A DNA stretch of 64,000 nucleotides from Lytechinus pictus (lineage: Eukaryota). The notes beneath the pieces were generated by a model, which saw only the letters and a list, made by a program, of their open reading frames with translations, ran no database searches and was not told where the DNA came from. The DNA is taken from NCBI RefSeq assembly GCF_037042905.1, contig NC_087263.1, positions 15,130,001 through 15,194,000 on the forward strand, in the 5' to 3' direction. Of this stretch, positions 37,201 through 51,590 are shown in pieces. How positions within the stretch are numbered: the stretch's first letter is position 1; the number at the start of each line of letters is the position of its first letter. A program made the position numbers and the translations under genes.

Positions 37201-38556
37201 GGTATATCTTCAAAGTTTAATGATCGTGTTCACCATAATACGTTCACATCTTCCAAAGATAGTGTATCATTTAAAGAGTAGATCTTTTCTGCAAAGGGAC
37301 AGGGTTTTCATCTCTCTGTTCAGCCATTATACATTTTGTCACTGAACACAAAATGTGTATAATAGATGCTCTCTTGTAACTCAGGTGGGGGAGAGCTATT
37401 CTTCAAATCATTTTAGATGCATATTCTTATTTGTTTCATTTATTTTTGCTTGCATATAGCTTATAACCATGCCATCGAATGTCATGAAAGAGGGGCAAAG
37501 AGCAAACTTTTCATATGGACTCAAGACAATTAAACCCTTCTCCCTAATGCTCAGTATAAAAGCAACTCATATATACTGAACATGTCTATATATCTCAGTA
37601 CAAGGTGTTTGAATTTAAAAAGAAATACATATATGGTAAAATCCCACATCCTTTCATATTATAATGACACAATGTTGTTTTATAGTCCTTCCTTGTACAT
37701 GTGATTTAAAAACAAAATATCTGTATGATGTTTTCATCCTACAATCTTAATCGTTTTTCCTCAGTCCCTGCTATAATCATTTTTGTTAGTCAACTCCAAA
37801 GCCTTGATCCCTTCCATAACAATATCTGTAAGTAAACTTACAGCCGTAGTCCCTGCTATAATGATTGTTGTTAGTGAATTCAACATCCATCCTAAGAATG
37901 AATCACTCTCGTAAAAAAGTGCAGCGTCACAGAGACAGATAAATCACAAGTGCGTGCCCTAAAGGTGCGTCTTGCTACTGATTTTTAAATCCGCTGGCTA
38001 TATCTCAAGATAACGTGCATACCGGATACAAGTTATAAGGGGTAGGTGCTGAATATATTTAGACTCTTGAGTGCATTTTTTATATTGTGTTTACAGTGTA
38101 GTTCTAAGCAGGAGTGCTTCTTGCGATTCTGCATTTCATAAAAGAATGAGCGACATAGAGTGGGCTGATTATATACTTCCGAATCTTTTTGACATGTACA
38201 AATCTATAGATTTTCTCCATCTAAAAAAAAATGTATTTTGTATTTGTCGACCAATAGGTGGCACAATCTAATCACTCTAAAGGGGGGGGGGGCTCTTCTC
38301 GTGAAATAAATTTCGACTTGTTACAAAAGGTATACATTCTGAATTTGAACAATTTTATATCAATCCCAAGTGGCTATAAGCAGTGACCAGTTAAACACTA
38401 ATGTGTTTTAATCCTAAGGGCTCATTGATAAATCTCAAAGGATTTAAATTCAAACATTTTTAGCTTTGAATTCAAATCCATAAGGTTTACAACTTAATTT
38501 TGCTGGTTTCTCATCACAGACGCTCTGAATTTATTCTAAGATCTTTGAAATTCGGA

Positions 38557-38918
38557 TTGCAGTTCCTTTAACGAAAAAAAAATGTTACAGTTGTGGCAAG
38601 AAAAGGCATTATGTTCTTTAATGGAAGGCATTTGAGCAAAATTGGTTATGGAAATGGAAACTAGTGAATTGTGAAATATTTCTGTTACATAAAATGTAGA
38701 CTCATTAAAAGGCCAACTGTCAGTTACAAAAAAAGTAATTTCTTTCATTAATGGAAGACATTTGAGCAAATAGGTTATGTACAATGAAGCTAGTGATTGT
38801 GAAGAATGTCTGTTACATAAGTTGCAGTCCCTTTAAAAGACTGATTGTCAGTCGCAAGAGAAGAAATTTCTGTCTTTTAATGGAAGACATTTGAGCAAAT
38901 GGGTTATGGTAAATGAAC
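38557..38918. repeat. Diverged tandem repeat, about 130 bp x3
   Basis: TAATGGAAGRCATTTGAGCAAA..GGTTATG near 38620, 38750 and 38878. Confidence 0.88.
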
Positions 38919-39945
38919 GCCTATGGGTTAGGGGAAAACTATGGAACGGAGGGTTCAAGTGAAAAGTGCTAGAGCCGCAGAGAATTTACCGTCAAGAATA
39001 CTCGAGCCTTGCCCAACAAAATGACACTTTTTATGACAAGGAGGATGCGTTTGGCTCGGGGCGACGAGGGGAAACTGCGCAACACGAGCAGAGGACCGAT
39101 GGAAATGACATTTCTGTTTTAGCTCAGCTATGAATCATATTTCATCCACACAAACAGATAAAAGGAGTGATATTGGGAATGGTTTTGAGAGGATTGATCT
39201 AAATCTGTCATTTTATTTTCCAGCGAAGATTTAAAGGAATAACATACCTCAAAGAAACACACACACGCTAAAAAGGTCTAATCATTATTGGCTTAAGAGA
39301 GTTGTGTAAAATAATGTCAAATGCTTTGTAAATTTTACGCAATGTTGTGTTGAAGTGTCAACCCATGAAACACGTTTTTGCAAAATATTTTACCCAACAA
39401 ATATACCCTAAATTATTCAAATTGTTACACAATCTTTTTGAAGTTCACTTAGATTGTTTATCATGAAATTTAATCTGAAATGAATCATTGATAAATCTCA
39501 AATTACTCATTTTCAAATCTCAAAGGAGTTAAATTCATATATTTTGGTAATAAATAGAAGACCCACAAGGTTTAAAAGTAAGTCCAATGCTCATCTTGTC
39601 ACCACTCAAAGCCAATCTGGATGTTTTTTCATATCCTTGAAATTTAAAAAGTATTAAAGCTAATCTTTACCACTATTCTGCCCGACTGTAACTAGGCTAG
39701 CTCATACATTTCTGTACACAGATGACTGTGACCTCAACTATTTGACATATCTTGGCTTGATCAATACAACGTAACACGAGCCCCTTGACGGCAAATTGAC
39801 AGAAGGGCCCCCTCATTGCCTGATCAATACCGCTATATCAACAAATATTGATAAACACTGGGAGCTTGGAGACAGAGCGAAAAATCATTACGGGTGTGCA
39901 TGATCTCGGCTCTCTGCGGTACACACAGATACACAAGTATATAGA

Positions 39946-40196
39946 TCCTGTCGGTAGGAACGCAGTGGCACACAGTGTGATCACAGTGTGTTCACATAGT
40001 GGGCTATGTGAAAATAGTATCCACACTGTTACAATACTCAAATTCAACAGTGTGAAGATATTTTCACACTGTGGACACCTCGACAGGGTGGCTGTTCACA
40101 AAGGTGTGGTCACAGGGTCGACTATGTGAATAATGTGATTTCGCATTGTGTTCCACACTGTGAACATACTGTGGGACACTGTTCTTTCCAATAGGG
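39946..40196. mobile_element. MITE with (C)CCT...AGGG termini and internal CACAGTGTG/CACACTGTG motifs
   Basis: TCCTGTCGGTAGGAACGCAGTGGCACACAGTGTG versus CATACTGTGGGACACTGTTCTTTCCAATAGGG. Confidence 0.7.
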
Positions 40197-41653
40197 TTTT
40201 TCATTTTGTTCTAAATACAAACATGGTCTGTTTTTCAGTAATTTCTGAGGGTTTTAATAATCATGGAGGTTAACTTTTCTAGGTTCTGAAATTCTCATAC
40301 TTAGTCACCTTAAAAATCTTTATAACAACTTGTTATGAAGTGATAATAAAAGAGTCAGTAGCAAAATGAGTCAAAATTTAGAGAGGTTCAAATAGTTCAT
40401 GGAATAAAATTGTGAAAAAGCTTTTTCACTCTTTTCCCTTGCCCTTTTATATTCTACTCCTGTTTTTACTTGGTGTTGAAACATGTGGGAGGGCATGCCC
40501 CCCACCCATCATTCTGTACTAGGTTTTAGAGTGCTAAATGGTCATGAAATTCTCAGAAAAGTGCAATAATGATTTTGGTGCTCTAAGAAGCAATCAATAA
40601 GTCTCATGTTGATGCAAATTCGAACCAAGGTATTTTTAAAACATCAACAAGTAAGGCTAGACCCTGAAGCTACAAACTAATGTATATAGTAAACCTAAAC
40701 CTGAGACACAAACAAAAAAAGGGCAAAAATCTTCTGTAAAATGTCAATCCCATCTCCCCTAAATGCGTCTGACATCGATCTTGATCAAATCAAGCTTTTC
40801 AATCCAAGATTTCAGGATAAATCAGCGGTGCGAGTAACATCCGACCTTTTAAAACTGATAAGATAAAACCCTATGGGGAAATAAAAAGGAGAGTGTCGGT
40901 ATTCTCGCCGACTAGAAACTATGCGCTAAAATGGCGACCTACTTAATATGTGGGTCAATCCACCATATATCAGGACCGAATATGGAAACATCTAGTCTGA
41001 GCATATCTCTTATGCTTCATTTGGCTCATAAAGACGGAAATACTGGTAGATGTCAATATCCCAGAGATATTTTCCCAATAGTAAAGCTATTCAAGATATT
41101 CATGAAGTGAATTATTTTTACATTTCAGATCATGCTTACATGAAAACTACATATTAAAATGAATGTTCGATATTTGAATGAAAATAAAAAATATAAACTT
41201 TAAGTTACAGACAAGTAAATCCTTAATGGAAATCTGCAGGGCACATAAATTTATTGTGGAGAACATTGCTTAAAGTGACAAAGAAAACAGTGATTTTTGT
41301 CTGTTAGCATGACTCTAGCTATATTCTTTTGTTCAAAATATCCACTTCTCCTCCCACCCCCCCCCCTTTCCTCTTCCTCCTTGCTCTGCATATTCTTTTT
41401 TGCCTCTTTGTTTTTCTGTTATTTTTTGTATATACGCCCTTCTCCCTCATCGTGCTGTATCAATCTTTCTCTGTATCTCCTCTTATAGTTTGTTCCATTG
41501 CACTTTCAGCAATTTTGCAGCATCCCTATGTTCGTCTTCCCCCTTCCATTTATTTCTTGTCCTCTTTACCCCTTCCCTTTCTTCCTTTCTTCCTTTTCCC
41601 CCCTTTTACTCACATCATCTTCTAATTCTTCTCCATCTTCTTTCTCTCTTTAT

Positions 41654-41833
41654 CAGGGGTGTGAGTGGTCACAAATAAAAAGATCTGAAAAAAGCTGAAG
41701 AGTGTTGAAAAAGTCTGAAATAGAAAGAGCTCCAATACTTTTTGTACAGAGGAAGGCCAAAAATAAGCTGAAATTAAGCTGAAAATCAAAAAAAAAAATC
41801 TGAAATCAGATAAAAATCTGAACTCTCACCCTG
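41654..41833. mobile_element. hAT-like MITE with apparent 6-bp TSD
   Basis: CTTTAT|CAGGGGTGTGAGT ... ACTCTCACCCTG|CTTTAT; internal (A/G)(T/G)CTGAA motif repeated about 7 times; A-rich island inside a CT-rich tract. Confidence 0.85.
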
Positions 41834-43499
41834 CTTTATCTTCCCCTCTCTCCCTCTCCCTTGTTCTTCCTCTTTTCCCTTTCTTCATCTCTATCCTCTT
41901 CAGGATCTACTGTTTCTCCCTCTTTCTTTCCCTTTCTCTTATTTTTTTTTCTCTACCAATCTCCGTTTTCTTCATCCCTATCTTCTCTCTTTCTGTGTCT
42001 CCCTCCCTCTCTCTATATCACTCCCCTTAATTCCCTTCCTCCCATACGTAACACTTGCCTCCATCCCAGCCACATCTCCAATTCTCTACCCTACTGACAG
42101 CTGCTTTTCACGACTCCCTCGACACCTTCGGCCAAAATATTTATTGTCCTATGTAACTCAATTGCATTCTTATTGGAGCTGAATCTTTCATCACATATGT
42201 TCAGCTTTACAGAGTGATGAGTATTCATATTTTATAAGTATTCTCTTTTATTATAATGGAAGAATAACAGCTATTAAAGAGAATAAAGAATGCTATTCCA
42301 AATAAGATTGGCAAATACATAAGCATCCTTTCTTGTAAATGGAATTTCCTTCATTTAAATTACTAGGTACTCTAAAGTTGCTGAACATTTTTTTTTCTGT
42401 TGTTCATCTTAATTCACTCTTCCTTGAACACCCCCTCTCTCTCTCTCCCATTTTCTCTTCTCTTTTTCTCAATTTCCTTACCTCTTCCCCAAATTCCCTC
42501 TATACTTTAAGATAATATTGTTCTTTCACCAAACGATCCACCTAGTTTCCCCTTCTACCTTTGCGATGGGCCTATTTTGCTGCACTTTTTTTCATATACA
42601 GTTTTCCATTATTATGCATGTCTGAGAATGGCCAATATTCTTCTTTTACCTATTTCTCTCTGCCATTTTCTTTCTTAATAAATGTAAAGTACCAAATTAT
42701 TCATTATTACCCTCACTTCCAAAAAGTCTACTTCCTTTTAAACCCATCGCAATCCTTCACACCGATATCCGCTCCCAAACTCTTCCGACCAACAGAAATT
42801 CATCTTCGATTTTTAATTGGGATAGGTGTGAGAACTAAATTGGAAGTTCCATATGCTCACAAATTTTCACTAAATTAACCAGAAATTCATGGACCGCCAA
42901 GCATGCTAATTGAAGCATGACAAATAGAGACACAGATGATAATTTACACTGAATAAATAATTCAAGGCTTTTCGAAATCAATAATTTGAAGTCCTCCAAA
43001 GTGCTACTTCGGCTACACAATTTAAGAAATAAATTTGAGTTCATATCATAATTTTAATTCCCCAGCTATTAAAATTGAAAAATAGAACCTTATTATTTTT
43101 TTTTTACAAAGTGTCACTCATTAATGGTATGCAATTATTGATAGAAGTCAACTGAAAACACAAGAGACAAAGTAGTTCAGGAATTGAGGAATTAAATGCA
43201 TAGGGTATATCATTAATTACAAACTAAATACTCACGACGTCTATGAACGGTTCACATGACATTTGCAATAACTCGAATTGCCATCTCATAAAAGCTCTAT
43301 TACATGATGACTATGAAGTCGCATGATCAGGGAGATTCGATTTGCATTCATTTGATTCTTCTGGCTTATCATAATGAGATGCTCATGATAATAGTCTTAA
43401 TGGTAGTACTGAGCAGGGCAATCTAGCCTTCACAAATTGCCTTTAATGCAGATGAATGCTTCTATATTACAATAATAGTAGTGGAGAGTTTGCTCTGTA

Positions 43500-43729
43500 C
43501 ACGTTAAAACGATGTTTAAAATTTACACAACAATATTCATTATATGTACCTTACAATAGTTGTTTAACCGTTTAAACAACCATCCTTAAGTTATAGAGAA
43601 TTAAATATCAAAACTTTAACTTTGTTGTTGAAGATTTTAAAAACTTGTTTAAACTGTTTAAACAACCACTGTAGGGTTCATATAGTTAACAGCTTGTATA
43701 AAAAAAAGTCAAACAGCGTTTTTACTGTG
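43500..43729. mobile_element. Foldback MITE with TA TSD, uninterrupted relative of 29109-29499
   Basis: TA|CACGTTAAAACGATGTTTAAAATTT ... AAACAGCGTTTTTACTGTG|TA. Confidence 0.8.
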
Positions 43730-46261
43730 TAGCATACAAAAACAATATACACATTTACTTGATCAATGAAAAGGAACATTTTCTCTTTTCATCATGCAGC
43801 CCCCCCCCCCAAGAAAAAAATCAATCAGTTCAGAGATCAAAGAAAATATATGGCGGAATGAGATTGATATAAAGATAAGTATTTGATTAAAACACCACGC
43901 AAAACAAAGAAAGAGCATGAGAATAGCTGAATCAAGCAGAGATACAGTCAGCAAAATTGAACTCAATTCTTCTACATTCATCACCAACGATGCATGCCAT
44001 TGTAGAAATAATACTCTGCGATACTAACTCCTTTTGATGACACTATTTCCTTTCCAATTATTACCCTATTCACCTAAAATAAAAATGCATTTTGTGGTCT
44101 GTATTATCTTTTTCTGCAGAGGTGACCACACTTTCCATTTCCCTTTTATTATTTTCGTGCCCCGGCAAACAGACAAGGGGCGAGACAAAAAAAATTGGGG
44201 ATAACTTTTCTTGACTCATCCCGACCGACACAAAGGCAATCAAACTTTCGTGACTCGATTGATTAAATTATGAATAATTCTTCACGGTGACGTTTTAGCA
44301 AGGCATTTGCATTTGTTGAATTTCATTTGAGAAAAATCAATTCTTTTGTGCAGATCTGGGGGAATTTCTTACTTCAATTCTCATTTCCACTGCAACCAAG
44401 AGGATATTGCCAAAAGAAATACCAAAGTCTGGGCAAATCACTTGTTCATTTGTTTTTTCTCAATTTTTTTTCTTTCATTTTTGATCATTTTCCTGCATGA
44501 GCAAGTTCTGAGTCATTTGTAACAAATCTTAGCATTCTTTGTAGAAATTTTACTTTCAAACTTTTTTAATCAAAATATTTTTTTATCTTGAATCCAGCTT
44601 ATGCAGTCAAGTTTGATAAAAATGTGCACATAAAATTAAAATATTCAACAAAATCATTGAAGTATGATTATCAAACACATATTTCTTTTTTATGCAGTGT
44701 AAAGAGAAAGGAAATTTCAATTTTTCTGAAATAACATTAACTGCACACAAAGAGCTAGATATTAATAATTATATTCTATGCTCTTGTTAAAAATATCATG
44801 AATGATCTGATTTTTATGATTCAATAAATACACTACATATATCACAACACAGGCAGTAGTAAAGAGGGTATTATCCGGATTTTCTATAATAATTAATTAC
44901 AATTCTACCCATGTTTTTATGCCAATATTCTTTCTCAAAATATTCTCACACTATATCCATCCATATGATTTTGATTCAACCTTGATTCAACCTTAGTGTA
45001 CTTTTCTCTTTCTCATTCTTGGTGATCATTCCTTTAAATGTGACAGATTTCTTGAAGAATGGCATCTAATCTCTCTCGTGATTGCATTTAAAAAGTCTCA
45101 AAGAGAAGTGGTCCAAGGATAAAAGGGGTGTCTGTGCAAGACGATTGCAACCAATTATGTAACAATAGAATGTCTGAATTGTGAATTACAATCTTCATAA
45201 AAGTAAAAATATCACGATGAACAAACTGAAAGACAGACAGACAGGAGAGAGGGTGAGAGAGAAAGAGAGAGATTGAAAGAGCAGAAATTTAAGATGCCCT
45301 GGTCCTCATGGGCAGACAAAAGGCTTTATGCAAACAGGTCTTCGAGCTCACATGGCAGCATTTATTCATTATTCAGCGTTATATTAGCCCATGGGGGGGG
45401 GGGAGACAGCGACCCAACAATAGGATGCAGTAATCACGAGGGTCGGCCCAATCCAAATTGGGAGGTGCACTTTTCGCTGACTTTCTCCCGACGCCACGTG
45501 CCGTGTCGCGGTCGAGCGATTCCACAAACGGGATTATTCAGTTAAGTCATTCCATCGCTTTGTGGCCTTGTTTGCGCTCTGCATCGCCCTCTATTGTGAC
45601 TGATATTACTCTATGAGAATGTTATGAGATGACAGGTTTAAACAGAACAAAAGCTTAACCACAGAGGAATTATCCCAGATTTGGGAGAACTAACCACAAA
45701 TTGATTTTTTCTCTCTCTCTCTCTCCCACAGTCTTAATTATTAAATGGGTGCATTAATGCCTAAAACCACTTACTCTTCACTAATGCTTGCGGTTTAAAT
45801 AAGAATATAGCTCATATTATTGCATTAGCTTGTCAACATGATTACCAGAAGACTGTGAAATACATAAATCAAGTCGAGGGACAAATACTGACAAATATGC
45901 TTTCTATTAGTATCAAAATGGAATTAATTAAACTAGCGATAGAATCATAATAGCCAATTGTAATGAAGCTGCTCTTTAAGCAACAATTGATTAAACGTTA
46001 CAAAAAGTATGGGCCATTTGGGATATTATAGAAATTTATAACATTCAATTGAAAAGATTTTTACACAAAATGGTATCTAAATAACTTTATCTTAGCTTGG
46101 GCCTCCATCAAATCACATGATGATTACATAGTGAAAATCCAATACGAATATCTACTTTTTGTAGGTGAGGTCATCATCAAAATCACATGTGAAAGTGCAT
46201 ACATTGAGGGTAGGCATGCAAGGGTCTGATGACCTGAATAATATTATATCTGTCAAGTGTT

Positions 46262-47200
<939 letters not shown>

Positions 47201-48014
47201 GTGAATTAACAGTGAAAAACGATAACATGGAATCTGAATAGATGACATTTCAGTTGAGGCTGTCATGAAAATAAAATGATTATTATCATGGCAAAGTACC
47301 ACTTTATGCAAGCGGAGGCCTTCATCAAAATCACATGTCCATTATGACAATGGCAAAATGGAATCTGCATATATCCCAAGGTCTACATGAAATCAAACGT
47401 GCAACACACAACCCTCCTACACAACACACTTTAATTAAAAGCGGGCTGGTTTGTGCAACAGATTTGCATTAATTAACATTGTCAGTTTTCCCACTGCAAT
47501 ACACAAATTAATGAGAAAATGCAGGCACCTGCTATAGTGGAGAAGATTCTACCCAGCACTTGACAATACACTGTATGCTCACTTGCATTTAAATCAATTA
47601 ATGTTTTCAATAATTCTTGGCAAATAAAAATGCATTAGTGTAAGTGACATCATCAGGTCTGCAAATTTGTTAATTTTAAAGGTGGATTTTGATTCATTTT
47701 TATTTTTAGAGGGATTCATGTTCATCAGTTTATGTTCGGACATATGCTTTCAACATTTGCTCTTTAGTCTTTTAAATAAGTGTTTGGTACCGCAAAATCG
47801 TAAAATAACCTTAAAAATACATACTGAAGTTTTTGGACATGCACTCATCGGAGTAAAATTGCATGAATGACTAGAATGCTAGAGCAATACAATATATAGT
47901 AGAACAGACGAAGGCAATGGACGCTAAACGGTGAGCTGTGATTGACTGTCTTTGGTCTTTACTGTATAAGAATAAACTCATATAATTGTATGCAACAACA
48001 CATGTATTTCTGTA

Positions 48015-48247
48015 CACATTAAAAATTGTGTGGTTGATTGGTGTCCAGAGATGACTACACCAGTCACTTTATTCCAGTGTTAATATTTGGTGTAGTTAAA
48101 CACCCTTGGTGTTTAACAACATTTTTTATTACTTTTAAACTCTTTGTATCTTATGTTTTAACTCTAGGGTGTAATTTTAACACCTCAGTGTGTAGTTCTC
48201 TAGGGCACCCAACTGGTGTAAGCTTTAACACCCAGGTTTTCACACTG
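48015..48247. mobile_element. Decayed CAC...TG/TA MITE with AACACC/GGTGTT motifs
   Basis: TA|CACATTAAAAA ... TTTTCACACTG|TA; same motif vocabulary as 1897-2141. Confidence 0.55.
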
Positions 48248-48318
48248 TACATTGAACCTGAAGAGAAAGTAATATTTACATTTTCTATACATGAGTGACT
48301 GTTTATCAATCAGTAGAA

Positions 48319-48436
48319 GTGCCGCGGTCAAGTGGTCTAACACACTTTAGATCGAGGACATGAAAGTCTGGCACCCTGGTTCAATCACCACCACAGTAAT
48401 GATGTCCTTGAGCAAAATATTTCTATCGAAATTGCT
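48319..48436 (+). mobile_element. Truncated tRNA-derived SINE head
   Basis: Box A-like CGGTCAAGTGG, box B-like GGTTCAATCACC, then TGTCCTTGAGCAA. Confidence 0.55.
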
Positions 48437-48466
48437 ATTTTTATTGTACACGAAACAATAATGCTA

Positions 48467-48687
48467 CACTGGAAAAACAATAGTATTAATACTACACCTT
48501 GAGTGCTTACAGAAGATTACACTGAGCATTTTACACCAGTGTTAACTTCATGGTGTCAGTTCAACTCACATTGGGCTTACACCACATTGTGTTGTTCCTT
48601 GAACATCATTTGGTGTTATGTTCAAACTCCATGGGGTATGTTTAACACCTTACATGCATGGTGTTCTTAACATTTTTTTTTATAATG
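48467..48687. mobile_element. Decayed CACTG/TA MITE
   Basis: TA|CACTGGAAAAA ... TTTTTATAATG|TA with ACACC/GGTGT repeats. Confidence 0.5.
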
Positions 48688-51274
48688 TAGGCATTATTTG
48701 AACCAATTTGTGATACAAAAAGAGTAAAACTGGGAAGTGTTTTGTTAAAACGATCTGTCAATTGGTCAAACTCTGTTTCATCCAACAGTTACCGTAGTAA
48801 CAGTGCTTCTCAGCCAATCAAAATCAAAGAAATTTGTCAGATGACAAATATTGATGAATTTTACCATCAAGGACACCTTGAAAAAGATGCAGCTTAAGAC
48901 TAAACTCAAGTCCAAGGATAAGCGCAGTATAATAATAGTCTCAGTTTTTAGGTAGGAGTATAAGATTTTAGCTTACCTTTTTAATTTTCTGGTTGTTCTT
49001 GTCCCATTTCCAAAGCATGACCGCCATTTTGAACTTGAGCTTGCGGGGCAAACGGAAGCGAATTCCACAAGGCATGAAGCTTACTAAATGAACACCGGCA
49101 AAATCCTCAGGAAATCACTGGCGTAGCAACAAGGATGTTAGGAAATACGACTGTGCTATTCGACATCGCAAGGATATTTCAGAATTCCAAACAAAAACTG
49201 TTCTTCTCACTGATTTGACCTTGTTGTGGTGTCAACGACCTCTTTGAAGAAGACTAGGTTTTGAATGTATAGGCAGTATTTCTGTCAGTGGTGCTAAGTG
49301 AAATGACCGGAAACTTCAGTTTCCACACATCCCTCGCAATATAGACTCCTCATATGATAAAATTTGGTTATTGACAATGCGAAGAAAGCTCCCTTGTCAC
49401 ATGTCATATAAGTGTCAGCGTAGATATTTGACTGTTTCCACTTTCTGGAACAACTTCACAATGTATAAATAACGCTCAAAATCATAAGTCAATTAGAAAA
49501 TTCTTTTCTCACTGTACTTTTCATGGAAATCAGCAAGAAATGACCGGAAACTTAGGTCCACTAGTTCGTAACAAGAATGCTTTTTTACTGAAAGCTCCAA
49601 TGTAAACTGGTATCACTGGTATCCAAATTCGAAAGATGTATTTCACAGGGAAAATATCCAAGATTAAATGGAATGGATAATTTTATCAAGGTGAATTAGT
49701 AATGTATTTGGTCATACTTTTGAAACAAATTCTGGCTTCGCAAATGTCCGAAAAATATCAAGTCCACTGAGGCAGACCCGTCTACTGACACCTTAAGGGT
49801 CTAATCACTGCGTATTACAGTAAATGCAAACGTTGATGGGTGATGTTAAGAGTTACATAATAATTAATGCAACCTTATCAAAGCAGTCGGACCATCCACT
49901 AGAGCCTCTGTCATTACAGCTCTGATGTGTAATTAACAAGCTTGTAAGTTGTAACTTGTAGATATCACTGGATAGTAGTTATCTTAGAATGTCAAGCAAG
50001 CTATCTCAGATGTGTATAATTGACAAGACTGTAATGTATGTAAATATCATTACAGATAAATATCTCAGCAATGACAACTCCAAGTGTTATCCTTGGGTTG
50101 CAGTGGACAAACTAACTTCTAGCAAGTAAATATCAGGTCAGATAGCTAACAGCTCATAACTATCAGTTAATATCATTAAAATCATTTAAACTGATCCTCA
50201 ATTCTTGCTTTTTTTAAGTTAATAAAAAATGGCAAATTCATTCCACTTTATTTAGCTGTTAAGAATAGAATAAAGAATTTGCCAATAATTTTATTATTCT
50301 GTAAATGAAATATACTTATCTAATGGTCTATTGTTTGGTTAAATGTCAATTTTGATGTAAGTGCTTGGAAACTTTAGTCGACAGCACTTTATAAATATAT
50401 ATTATCATTATTATCATTAATATTAAGTTTTTATGATTCTACAGATCTATTTCTAAATTGGATGGTAAAAGTGGTGAAAATTTTGAAATCTGTCAGCTGT
50501 TCATCGGTGAAGCTGCTCAATACATAATTCATATAGCAGTGCTTTATGAGGTAGATATAAATTATGGATTAATGAATTAACTCTAGGTTATACCCTGCAC
50601 TACAGGACAATATGTTGGAATTTCAGTTCTTAAGTCTACTGAAATCTATACTTTCTTTCAAAATCTTATAAAGAAATTTTTATGTTATAGTATAAAATGT
50701 TTTGACCTTAATATATTTTCCTTTCTTTTAAATAAAACTATAATATATCAATATGTTTCTACCGGTAGTCATGAGTTACATATGATTACTATAGTAATTT
50801 ACCATCAAGTTTACTCAGATGGAATCTATATATTTTCTATGTTCTGTACAAGACTATAAATGTGATTTGGGCCACAGTTGTCATATTTTAATCAAATTCA
50901 TCGGCAAGCGTCAACTGGTAGTGGAATTTTTTGGTCCGATCCTTTTACAGCCAGAGGAATGATTGGATGTACCAGTTTCATATTTTCAAGTGAATTCTAC
51001 TCCACGGTATCAGGTGTCGGCAGTGAACGGGTACAGATGCGGCCGGAGGGCGAAATATTACAACGCTAGCCCCCCCTTTTCAGCTCGTCCGCTTCGCATT
51101 TGAATGAATCAAATTGGGTCTGAATATCATACATGTAGAATCATCTATGACATCCTTACTCGGCTTGGGCATAATGCGCTCATGCGAGTAAACGCTGGTG
51201 GAATAGCTCTGACAACCTGCATACAATCTTGTTATCTCCTACAGTCTAAGCTCCTGAGTCTCCCCAGGCTATGC

Positions 51275-51590
51275 AGACATATATATGGTTCTTCGGGATT
51301 AACATATATATGTTTCGTGGGAGGAATACATATATGGTTCTTCAGGATAATCATATATATGTTTCAGGCAAGAATATCAGTATGTAGTTCTTGAGCACAA
51401 TCGAAATGATTACTGTCTTGGGAAGAAATGTATATCCAAAGTCCTTGAGGATAAACATATATGTTTCTTGGGAGGATTATATGTATAGTTTTCAAGGATG
51501 ATCATATATTTGTTTCTTGTGTGGAATATATATAGTTGTCAAGAATAAAGATATGTTATATGTTTCATGAACAGAAACATATATATTGTT
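51275..51590. repeat. Degenerate ~25-bp minisatellite (CATATATATGKTTCTT..GGA)
   Basis: Motif recurs about ten times. Confidence 0.7.

Noticed and set aside
48895..49796. Possible long TTAA-flanked element ending GTCTACTGACACC|TTAA
   Set aside because: No matching left TIR found, so boundaries cannot be supported.
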